This document shows positions 25,237-37,200 of a DNA stretch of 64,000 bases, piece by piece. Within the stretch, counting starts at the first letter, position 1. Every line of letters begins with the position of its first letter. Location: assembly GCA_965202585.1 (NCBI GenBank), contig OZ241829.1, forward strand, positions 29,202,001 through 29,266,000, read 5' to 3'. Under the pieces are notes generated by a model that saw nothing but the letters and a program-made list of their open reading frames with translations, had not been told where the DNA came from and made no database searches. This stretch comes from Thalia democratica (Eukaryota). Position numbers and translations under genes: made by a program.

Positions 25237-28200
25237 TTTTCAAAGAACTTTTCACTGTTTACGAACGAACGCGTTGTGATTAAAAAACAATTTACTTAAG
25301 ATCAGTAGATCTCTAAACAATAACAAACATATAAACAAACATTATGTCAAATTTTTACGCCATCAAGTCCTCATTATTTTGCTTCTCATATGACAAAACT
25401 ATTAAATAATGTGAAGTAAGATAAAACAAACTTTTAAGTAACTATAGAAACCAATATTTTTTCTGCCACTTTGTAATGATTTTATATCGATGCTTTATTG
25501 AATGATAATTTGGTTTTTAGACATTTCATTTTTATTTTGATTTATTTCAAGATTAAAATCATATCTTTGTAAGTCATTTAAATAAAGTGATATTGATAGT
25601 AAAACATCATTTTAAATCTTTTAAGTTCTTAACTTTGAAATTAAACTTTAAACTAGATTTAAGAGTCAAATCAGAAGTAATTTTATTTTTAGTCGATACT
25701 TTGCCTAAAAAATTCTTCTCTTGAGCTAAAACAACAATAAAGATAGCTTATTGCTTGAGCTGATTGCAGCAGTATGTAAGTCAAAATTTATAATCTTGCA
25801 TTGTTGAAAACTCACTACAACGCAAAAACAATAAAAGAGGTAGTGACAAGTTGAACTCGAGCAGAAGAAATTCGAAAAGGACCAGCATATTTTATATTTT
25901 TTTATATCTTTTTTAAATATTTTTTCTGATCGCTGTTGTTTTTTTTAATGATTGTTTTTATAAACCGAATCGTTTTTCTCAAATAATAAACTTTTAAAAA
26001 AATATCTAATATTAATTTAATTCTCTTATTTAGGTGCTTTTCTGAAATTTTTCGGAATAAATATAAAAAAAAAGGATTTTTTGTTGTAACTACACAGACA
26101 TAAGTTATATTATGCTATTCACTTTTTTAGAATTTAAGTCTAAAAATTTTCATTTATTTTAACTTCCAAACAGTTAGAATGATATTTTCAATAATTTTTA
26201 GTAAAATTTGTTTCTGTTTTACAAACTGTTCTACAAAGTTTTGACTTCATTTTTAATTTAACTTAAGTTTTTAATTTTAATATATTTACAAAAATCTAGC
26301 AATAGAAATCTTTCAAACTGTTCAATAAATGTTCCTGCGTTTTTAAGCTCATAGATAAAAAGGCAGCCACAATTTTAGTGAACTTACAAAAGTTCCTAGC
26401 AATATAATTTTAATTAAAAATAAAATAACAACAAAAAAAAGTAATAAAATAAATAAAAACAAAATAAAAAAATAGTAAAATGTCGATTAAAATTGCGAAC
26501 ATCGTTTTGAAATTAGTACATCAGCTCTATATTCTAAGTCATTTTAGTTATAGCTGTTGTGAATGTAAAACAAGTATAATATACTTGAACAATAAGAAAG
26601 AAAAACATAATAATTGTTTTAACTTAATTAATTTCAATAGTTGCATAACACACAGAATTTTATAAACAGTAAATTGTTGTGCGCAGTATGACAAACTTTC
26701 GTGCGAGAACAATTGAAATCAGTTTTTCGTGTCGGCAGCATTTTGCAAGTCACGGGTCATGTTTCCTAAAAATTTTTTAAATAATTTTTTAAATAATCTT
26801 TCGACAGCCGCACTGCATAGAAAAAGCAGCTTAAAACAATGGTGTTGATCAATAAAATAGTAGCAACTATAGTCCACAAATTAATGAATTAGTAACAATA
26901 AACTATATAAGTAACTACTAATTTTCAAACTTAAGACCTAATTGTGGAATTTAGCTGCAAAACTTTGTTTTTTCTCTTTTAAAAAGGTATAGTTTTAGTT
27001 AAAAAGTACATCGCGGGCCTCATTTTGCCTACCCCTGTTTTGAGCGATTAACCTCAATGTATTTTGAAAACAAGTTCACACTAGTGCGGTTATCACACAG
27101 TAATTTTTTTAAAGATTGTAACACTTCATTATCTTTTAATAAATTGCTTTAACTGAATTTTTGCGTATATTTATCTTTAATATCAATGTTTTTTGTCACA
27201 GAGTGCAGCAATATTCTTTCAAAAGGTCGTGCCACGGCAGTAGTAAATGGATCACTAACTGATCTACCAATTGAATACGGTACTCAGGTTGAGTTTGAAT
27301 AGAAGAGTTGTTGTAACGGTACATCAAATTGTTTTTGAAACCGTTTTGTGTTTTAGAGAAATCCAAGAATGTAACGCATGAAAATACTAATGCATTTTTA
27401 ACACGGTAAAGATAAGGAGAAAATAAAAAGAAGATAGGAAGTTCCTGATGTAATGTTGAATAAAATTGAGAACAAAGCTATATAAAGAAGCCACAGAGAG
27501 TTGTGGAGAGATTCTAGCAAGGGCTTGCTGCAGTAAATATGTAATTTAAGGATAGACATTTATATTGCTTGATGTAAAGTTTTTTATTTAAGAATTTTCT
27601 TCTCATAAGTATTTTATAATTCTAAATTTAAGCAGTCAATTCGCGTTATAACTCTATCACTCTCAAAGTATAATTCATTTAGATATAATTGTGTTTAAAG
27701 GTTTTAATAACAATCAAAACAATATCTAATGCATATTTTTTTTTGTATTGTATGGTTCTTTATATTTGTTAGTATCTTAAACCGTTCTTTAATACAATAT
27801 GTTCATTCATAGTCATGCCTAGTTTTATATAAAGTGGCCCTAAATATTAATTAATATCAGTGATAGTTAGGTTAATGTTAATATTTATCATGGTTTATAA
27901 TGTAGATTAAAAGTACACTATAACCATACAACTATCTTAAGTAACCCATACAACACTTTTGTTTACACTGTGCAAAACTTAGATTTACATTGGAAACTAC
28001 TATAGTGTGCATTAACAAAAATTTTTCAATGACTTTAACAGTTTATTCAATAATAAATTATAACTTACAAAATCCAAGAAGAACCCAAGATCGCACAGTT
28101 TTCCATAGTCTTAACTAATTAACACTTGTAGATGAAGAAAAAGACCCTGATTTTTCTACTGCAAAAAAATACTCATTAGAAGACAATCTGACTTTTTAAC

Positions 28201-28329
28201 TTATTAAGTTTAAGCGGTAGAATATAAGGGACATAAATTTATCAGGGACATAAAATTGAATAAGTCAAAATATAAAAACTTTAACCAACTTAAATCAAAA
28301 AATCAATTTAAAATATAATTTTTAGTGTG

Positions 28330-28467
28330 CCAGATCAACATGCTCGAGTGCCACAGAAAAACCTTTCGCGGGCCGCATCCCATTAAAAATAAAAACCTGC
28401 TCGCAGGCCGCAGAAATGCTCTTCGACGGCCGCAGTCGGCCCGCAGGCCACGTGTTGCCTACCCTTG
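28330..28467. mobile_element. hAT-like terminal remnant (GCGGGCCGCA subterminal motifs, ends GCCTACCCTTG); related ends at 27010-27037 and about 20850-20924
   Basis: GC-rich islands in AT-rich DNA ending in GCCTACCCCTG-like termini typical of hAT MITEs; partner ends not found. Confidence 0.55.
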
Positions 28468-28764
28468 AACTATATAAATGATTTTTAAAATACTAAAACG
28501 AACACATATGAAAACGGAAACTTTTGGTTTAAAACTATTGACCAATTGGTGTACTGTTTTTTTATTTGTATAACATTAGAAAAACAGTAGTTTTACAATT
28601 GTTATTTAATCAAGTTGTAGATAAATTATTAATGTCTGCTACTAGTAAAGTTTATTTTTAATAATATAATTTGATATCAATTTCTAGCTAAATTGTTTTA
28701 ACTAGAACTGTTTGACTAGGTAACTTGCTAATATAGTTCCTGAACTAGTAACCTGCGTACTGAA

Positions 28765-28880
28765 CATGACGTTAAACTGTTCTGGTGTATGACTTATTAA
28801 CCGAAAGATTTTCTTGTACACAAGGATTTTGGACCCAACATTTTAAGTGTTTTTTTTTGTTGTTCAACAAACAATATACA
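28765..28880 (+). repeat. Dispersed repeat family copy (CATGACGTTAAACTGTTCTGGTGTATGAC...AACCGAAAG...GTACAC)
   Basis: Similar to 62684-62803, 44283-44370 and a diverged inverted copy at about 6065-6165. Confidence 0.8.
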
Positions 28881-31279
28881 TCGTCGAATATGTTTTTTTT
28901 GTTATTAAGAAAAGGTTATTGTAAATAAACGTTTAAACAAAATGGTATAATTTACATTTTAATCTTTTGTTCGTTTTAAAATTATCAAATGTAAGTTGTA
29001 ATAATATGAATGAAAATTATAGTGATTTTTAACTCTTATCTATATTTCAGGTTTACTGTTTTTAGTTTTTGTTTGTTAATAGTGCTAATAGCACTTTTTA
29101 ACCTAAAACAATTGAAAAAAGTATAGATGGGTTTAAAAAATTATTTACGTTTTTTAATTAGTTTGGATACATCTTACTGTCTTTATGGTATTAAATAAGT
29201 TTATTAAAACTAAGCTAATTTGCATCTTAAAAATCTTTATATAAGTTTCACTGCAAGTATAGTGCAAGTTTTTTAAACTTCATCTAAATTAATAACTTGA
29301 GAAGTATAAAACGCTGAGTATGAATAAAATGTAGTTATTAATTTTTCATAACTGAAAAGAAAAATAAACTATCAAAAAAATTGCTATGTTGCATTAAATA
29401 ATTGGTTTTAAACTAAAAATAATAAAGTTAAACTAACATATTAAAATATAAACCTTTAAAAATTGCAAGTTGTTGAAAAAACGGGATTTTTCGTAATAAG
29501 AGAACTTTTTAATAAATAAAAGACATTTCATTCTGTTTTATACACATACAGCAAAAGTATTTCACTTTATTATTAGTGTTGAAGAAGAATGTATGCTTGC
29601 AAATAGTTTAATAAGGATTAAATCTTTGTAGATGTAGACTTACTCACAAAATAAAAGTTTAGTTTTTCTTTAAAAAGTAGAAACATAATAAAAAGTAAGG
29701 AGAGTTTCTGATTATTTTCACAGTTAATAAATATTTCTAACTTAAAAACTTTAAATTATAGCTAATAGATGGTCAAATGCCCATTTTTAAAAATTTATAA
29801 ATAATGTGTTTATATAATAATCAATGCAGTGGGGAAAATGTGAACAGAACTAAATAACTTCTGGTGTCTATTATAGCCTTTAGATATTGTTTATTGGAAG
29901 TTAGAATATGTTTTTAATTTATACCTGTCAATTGCAACAGTCTATAAAGTAACCAACTATTTTAGCGTTAAATAAATTCAATTCTGTTTAGTTGAGTAGT
30001 ATAATATAACAAAAAGCTTCAGAATATTTTTTTAAACTAAGTTTAACACCTCCTTTAAATTTAAATTCCTTTATTTGGTAATAGCTCAAAAATTTTTACC
30101 CAAACCTAATAAACTTGTGGTATATGATTTTGAATATTAAGTTTACAAAAAATAAATATAAAACTATAATAGTTTTCAGCTCATGAATAGATAGATTTAA
30201 ATACTTTAGTTTTAATGTTTGAAATCTACCTTCAAAATAAATTATAACAATTTTGTATAATGTTTTCAACTAATAAAACAACATTAGCTCACAAAATTCT
30301 GCGCTAAAGTATAACATTGCATGACAAACATAAAATGCTTAATGTTTTTTAAATAGTTATTTCACCATAATCCTTATAGATCATAAAGTATTATGGTCAT
30401 TAGCAAAATAATTTCTGAGTCAAAAAAGAAGTCTTTATGTAGTTTTACTTAATAACTATAAATTTTACTATTTAAAAAGTAAGTTTTAGTATTTTCTAAC
30501 TTTAACAAACAAAATATCTGATTATTTCTAAATCAGTTACTCTAATAAGATATTAGTTTTTTGTTCTACGATAGCATTAGTGTTGATTTTAAAATCTAAT
30601 TTGTTCCTGGACTGCATTTCATTGAAAATGCTAAAGTTGTATAATTTAAAACTTAACAATTTATTCTTTTTTATGCAAAATAACAATACAATAGATAATT
30701 TTTTAAACATAAATTTACTAAACTTGTAAATTTTACTTTGTTTTATGATACCTTAATAAGTTTTTTAGCTTGTTAACAGATTTTGTTTAAAGTTCTAAAT
30801 GATAATAAATTTAACTTATTTATGATAAAAATAGTAGTTAGAAAAAAGTATCAATTTAAAGTAAACTTGGTAAAGATAAAAGCTATTAATACCTATTACT
30901 CAGCATAAAATAATACTTATAAAGAGTATAGTAAAATAAACCAAAAAACTTCTTATAGTTTAACGCTTTTTTTTTTAAATTAAATGCATATATAGTTATA
31001 AGTATAAAGTTTACTTTCAATCAAGTATGCTTTATTTTGTCTTAACATGTTTGATAACAAGTTTTTAAACCAGCAGTAAAACTAAGCATATAATTTTCTG
31101 AGTTGTTTCACTGGTTTCGTTAAGTTAGAAATTATATTTGTTATTTTATATACTATATACCCAAGGAACGTGCTCGTTTTTTTTTGTGTAGATTTATAAA
31201 AACGAACCCTAGTAAAATGTACGACTTTATTATAGTAATAGATTTTATTTTTCAGCATTAACAAATTATCAATCAGATT

Positions 31280-34200
31280 ATGTCCAGCTACAACAATGAC
31301 AGTTATTTGCAAAACAGCTTTGTCTTTCCTAACTCTAATTACACGGCTCCAGACAATGTAAGTGAAAATAATTTGACAAAATACGTTTTGAAAAGTAAAT
31401 TTGAATTGAATGCAGCTTTACACAAACAGGTTTAAATTGGTCTATTAGTGAAGCATGTTAAAAAAACCATCAAAAAATTTTGCTCTAAAAGTAGTTTACT
31501 TTAGTTTGTCTTATAAGTACAAAGTTGTATTTAAATATAAAAAACCTGTCATTTTATATTAAAGCAATTAAGTTTGAAAATTGTGCTTAAAACTACTTTA
31601 ATATCTCAAATGCTTATTGTTCGGAAAAAAGTATGTTTTTTTTTGAACAAGCAAAATTTATATGTGCTTATCGAACTTATTGTACTTTTGTAGACTTATA
31701 ATGTACATTAAGCTTAATTTCAATCTTTTATGAATTCATCTAAAAATTTTAAACAAAATTTCCTGAAACAGGTTCGTAGTGCGTATCCTCAGCGGAACCA
31801 ACAAAATGGGATGAACGATTTCGTGAATACTCCAGTTCCTACGAACACAAATTCTGCTTTACCAGTTTGTTTTTGTACCAATCAGCATTGTTATTGTATG
31901 CCAGTTAACTCTAACTCGAACAGCTCTGTTGTGCAAGGTTACAACCTACCATCACAGTTAAACAGAAACGGTGGTGTTTATTTAGCTAGTAGATCTAAAC
32001 AAATGCGTACTTGTGATTTTCAAAACGACATGGTTAGAATTAATTAAATTTAATTTTGCTATGAAATATAACTTTTTAAACTATTATTATTATACTGTTT
32101 GTAGTGGAATGTTAGACTCAGTCATTAAAACCCGAGCCACTTAAACAGAACACATAAGAAGAAAAATGAAAACAAATAAGTTTATTTAAGATAAAATTAA
32201 ATAAATAAGAAGTAGAAAAAAATTAAATTTATAAAGAGTTAATCAATAAATCTAAACTTATTTGTTTAATATAAAAGGCGATAGCTTCGTACATACAAAA
32301 AAATGTAAGTCCATACCTAAAAAAAAGTACAACTGAATAGATGATTTTCCAAGAGCATTGTTTATAGGACATAATGCAATTGTACAAAACCATTAAAAGT
32401 AAATTACTTAGTCTGTTAAGGTGGAGGCGTAAGAAAATAAAATTAATTCCTAAAATAAATACTAAATAGAATAATGAAAGAACCAATAAATTATTTAGAT
32501 GAGACAAATACAATATTAAGTTTTTATTTATTTATGCTTTTTGTTTTTAATGGAAATTTATTGAATTTAACTTATATTTGAAGTATCTAAATAAAATAAT
32601 TTTAGTTCTAAGCGAAAATGATCCACTTTCTCGCACGACACGACATCCTGTGGTAACTTGTACCACATAGTCTTTTCTCTGTGAAAAAATTAATCTTGTG
32701 ACTGACTGTTGTTTAAGTTATTTATATATTTTAATTTTCTATTATTTCCTTTTAAGTGAAAAAGCTAATGAATGATTGGAAAAATCTTTATATTTGCTAT
32801 AGATAGTTTCATAAAGAGTAAACAAATCAAATTCCCATTTTCCATGTACTAGAGACTTCAATTCAAGCTTACTTAATCTATCATTATAAAACGTAATCAA
32901 TATGTTACAACGATAACATATAAAACGGGTAAAATTTATTTGCACAGATTTAATTTTATCAATGTCGTTTTTTAAATAGGGGAACCGTATTTGGGTATTC
33001 TACTCAAGCTAATGACGAACGTATATTCTAAATAGTTTTGTAAGAACAGTAGCTGAATTAGTTTTAAAACTGTTTAGTATTTTAAAAGATGAAATTTGTG
33101 CAACTTTATGTAAAAATAATTTATGTGTTCATTCCATTTTAAATTTTCAAAGATATATGTTTCCAAATATTTAAAAATTAAATGTTGTTAACTTAGTGTT
33201 ATTGATTAATAAGTCGTTTTGTTTTTCTTATTGGTTAGAATTTTACATTTTTTAAGAGTCTAATCACGTTTTCTTGATTTTAGCCATTTGTAAATATTAT
33301 CTAGAGTAAGTTGTAAAATAATATTTGACACACCAAAAATTTTTGCATCATCTGCAAATAAATTCATATTTATTTGAATATCAATGTTTGAATTAACATC
33401 GTTTACGTACAAAAAAAAAGAAGGGGACCAATTACACTACCTTCTTGTCTTCCGCTGTATATTTTAGAGTCTGATAGAGTATCATCAACGATTAATCTTG
33501 TGATCTTTTAATTAAAAAATATTAAACCAATTTAGTAAGGATTCATTTAGTCCATTCTGACTCAAAATTTCAATAATTGTTTGTGTGATATTGAATCAAA
33601 GGCTTTTGTAATATCAGTGTAAACAACTATAACATATTCGTTTTCGAGATAAGGAACTATCTATGAATGTAAACATATTAACATTTGGATGTTTTACGAG
33701 TGGTTAGGGACTAAACCAAATTGATTATTAGATAGCAGGGGCGTCGCGTTGGGTGTTGCACTGCCGCAATTGCACCACCTTAAAGTTATGTAAGAAAAAA
33801 TTAAGTATCCATAATGTTTTCGTTAATTTTTAGAACAAAATCTCTTATAAAACTCCAATTTAGAAAACGACCATTTTGCTCACTTCACTACCGCAAACTC
33901 TTAGCTGACTGCCGCAAATGAACTCAAAACAGCAAAATTTCTTCAAGAATTACCGCAAAATCAATATCTTGCGGTAATTAAGCTAAGTTGAAAATTCCCT
34001 TAAACAGTACAGGTTTAAGTATCATTCTTCAAGTTATTGTAAACAAAAAATGAAAACAAAGCCAAGCAGAGCACAGGCGATTCAAGCAGAGGCAACTCCA
34101 GCAGAAGCAACTCGAGAAGAGGCAACTCGAGAAGAAGCAACTCGAGAAGAAGCAACTCGAGAAGAAGCAACTCAAAAAGAGGTAACTCGAGAAAAAGCAA

Positions 34201-37200
34201 CTCGAGAATAAGCAACTGGAGAAGAAGAAACTCGAGAATAAGCAACTCAAGAAGAAGCAACTCGAGAAAAAGCAACTCGAGAAGAAGCAACTCGAGAAGA
34301 AGCAACTCAAGCAGAAGCAACTCGAGAAGAGGCAACTCGAGCAGAAGCAACTCGAACAGAAGCAACTCTAGCAGAGGCAACTCGAGCAGGGACAACTCAA
34401 GTAGGGGCAAATCGATCACCTTCAAATCGGATTTTTTTTTTCTGCACCACCTAAGAAAAATACCACGCGACGCCACTGGTAGATAGTAAATTATAGTCAA
34501 ATAAAAAGGTGATTAAATTTTTTTTTTAGGTACAATGTGTTAAAAAATTCCAGAAAAGCAACTATTTAAAGATATTTGCCTATAGTTTAATGCTTTGTGT
34601 TTGTTATAGTTCATACAGACTGAAATGACAAAAGAAGTTTCCATCGTTTTAGTATTTTAGCTTATTCCATATAGCAATTGAAAACTAACGAAAATGAAAA
34701 ATTTATTGATGGAATTGCATACTTAAAAAAAAAATAAGGCGAGATATTTTTCGGGGTTCTAATTCAATTTCAATGTCTTCATAAATAATAAAACAGTTTT
34801 CCAATTTACTATTTTTTTGAGCTAGTTTAAAACTTTGGTAGTTATCATCTTTATCAAATAATTTTTGAAAACTTCTGTAAAAAAGTGAGGCTATTTAATT
34901 ATTTGAGTTTACTGTTTTATCTTTATCATTGTCAAATAAAAGTCGTATTGCAGTACTTAATTTAAGTATAGATTTTACGTAACAAAATAACTTTTTAAAG
35001 TTTGGTTTATTGCAAAGTTTTTCTTCATAACCTAATATAGATTTTTAACTGCTAGTTGATATTCTTATGACTTGTTTTTATAATCTTTAGAATATGATTT
35101 ATTTGTCTTACTTATTTTTTCAGAATAAGTATTTCTTTTAAAGTTTTTTTTTATGTGAAATGTTTTTTACATAGTGATTTTTAGAATAAAATGCTTTAAA
35201 ACTTTTAATCGAGGTTAGAATTGAGCTGATCAATTTGTTATAAAAATGTTGAAGATATTTTGACTTGTTAAACAATGAGGTCTAATTATTTTTAGACTTG
35301 TAATTATTGATGTTTTCAAAGTATGCCTTTTTAAAAACACATGAATCGTTTTTATTATTATGTAATTTTTGGATTTCTTTTTTAATTTAAAACAAAATCA
35401 AGTTATGGTCACACGTATTTGTTAATGGAAAAGTAGTAGAAAAAGATAGGATTCTACCTAGTGCTAGACGAAAATTATTGCAAATTAAGAAATTAAGTTT
35501 GATTCTATTTTTATGAGTTGGACTTTTGATTACCTGAGTTAAAAAAATATCCGTGCAAAAGTTAAGAAAACACTTATGGAATTCATTGTAGTGTGCGCTA
35601 GGAATTGTTCAATTTATGTTTGGCAGATTAAAGTCCCCAAGAACATTAAAAGAAAAGTTATTTGGAAAAAAACATTTTAAATATCTTAATTACATTTTTA
35701 ACAGTCTGTGCACATTTTGCAGACAGTGGGGGAAGGTAGACAACAAAAAACTTTGTTTTAATTCTTTAGAGTTGTTTATAGAGATTAAATCTTTTTTTAT
35801 TTTGAATACTTAAAGGTTGAAAGGACAGCAACACCTCCACCCCTACTTGTCTTATCGTTTCGGATTATATTATAGTTAGAAGTACAGGCTATGACATCGT
35901 TTACTTTAAGAATCAACCATGTTTCAGTAAGAAAAACAAATCAATACTATTCATGTATTAATAATTAAAAAGAAATCAACTTTATTCAAAACAGATCTTA
36001 TATTAGTGTATTCATTTCTAAATGTTTACTGCTACAATTTTTGTAACTATTTGAAGAAATCATATTGTATATTTTATTCTTTCAAAACTTTATTATGCAA
36101 ACTAAGTTTCGGTCGAAGAACTCGTCAGTGCTTCAATTATATTATTTCTCCTCTTATAGTTAAGATCTCTTAATTTGGTTTTTAAAATTAAAACATATAA
36201 TAAGAAAACTTATTATGATCAAAACTAAATTTATCAGATAATTTTAAATGTTAAGAAGAATTTAGAAATGTTGACTCACAGTTTTTGTAACTAATCCCAG
36301 AGCTATTGGGAGTTTAAACGAAACGGCTGTCTTGTTGATTCGACAATTTTGTTATTCCTGATTACCTATTTTACGTTTAAAGTATTCTGGTCTACTGTGG
36401 CTTGCTTTAGTTTAACTTATTTTCTCAAGATTCTGAATGCTTCTAGCTCTAATATGGTTTTGTCAGTGTTAATATAAACATTTGTTTCACTTCCATCATT
36501 CATAACTTTCATGTTTCTCTACTTTAACAGTCTGTGTTTAGAGGCAACATCATTAAGCTTGACTATGATCGGTCTGTTTTCGTCTTTCGTTATCTTACCA
36601 ACACGATGTAGTGACTTTAACAAATCTTTTTTAATTTTGTTTTCTCTTAAAACTTTTTGATAATTTGGAAATCATTTTTAGAGTTTCCAAGGGAAAGTTT
36701 TCAAGTGAATAAATTTCTCCACTCAGAAATGTTAAATACAATATCATTTATTGCTTTCTTTTCTTTTAACTTTTGTTCGTTTTGTGATTTAACTTCTCCG
36801 GCAAATACACTTAATTTAGTATTTATATTGGTTATAATATATGTTTGTTTGCTTGTTTCTATTGCATCAGCATATGTAGAAAATTTTTGATTCAAAGTTT
36901 TGAATTTAGAAGAAAACTCTGTTTCAAACTTACAAAAAACTTTTTGTTACTCATTTTTTTTTCCAAGGAAGTAGCTCTATAACTAAGCATCAACCTTTTG
37001 TCACAACTGAACTCATCTTTCTGAATTTCAATGATACTCTTCTTACTGCTTTTACTTTTCTTTTTATACTCAATCTAGAAATACCAGCTTGTAATGTACT
37101 GAGTTCATTGTCTTTTGTACTTCAATGGTAATACAATTTTCTTTCAATAGTTGTATATCTATTTTATAACTTATAGTCAAGGCTTTGTACTCAGCTTCTG

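Noticed and set aside
27201-27375. Possible two spliced mini-exons (ECSNILSKGRATAVVNGSLTDLPIEYGTQ|RNPRM*)
   Set aside because: The splice sites are plausible, but no compatible upstream start exon was found. It may be UTR of the HMG gene or chance.
34015-34500. Poly-Leu (161 aa) and SCFF-repeat (93 aa) ORFs
   Set aside because: They are translations of the 15-bp repeat inside a MITE nested in a dead LINE, so they are not called as genes.
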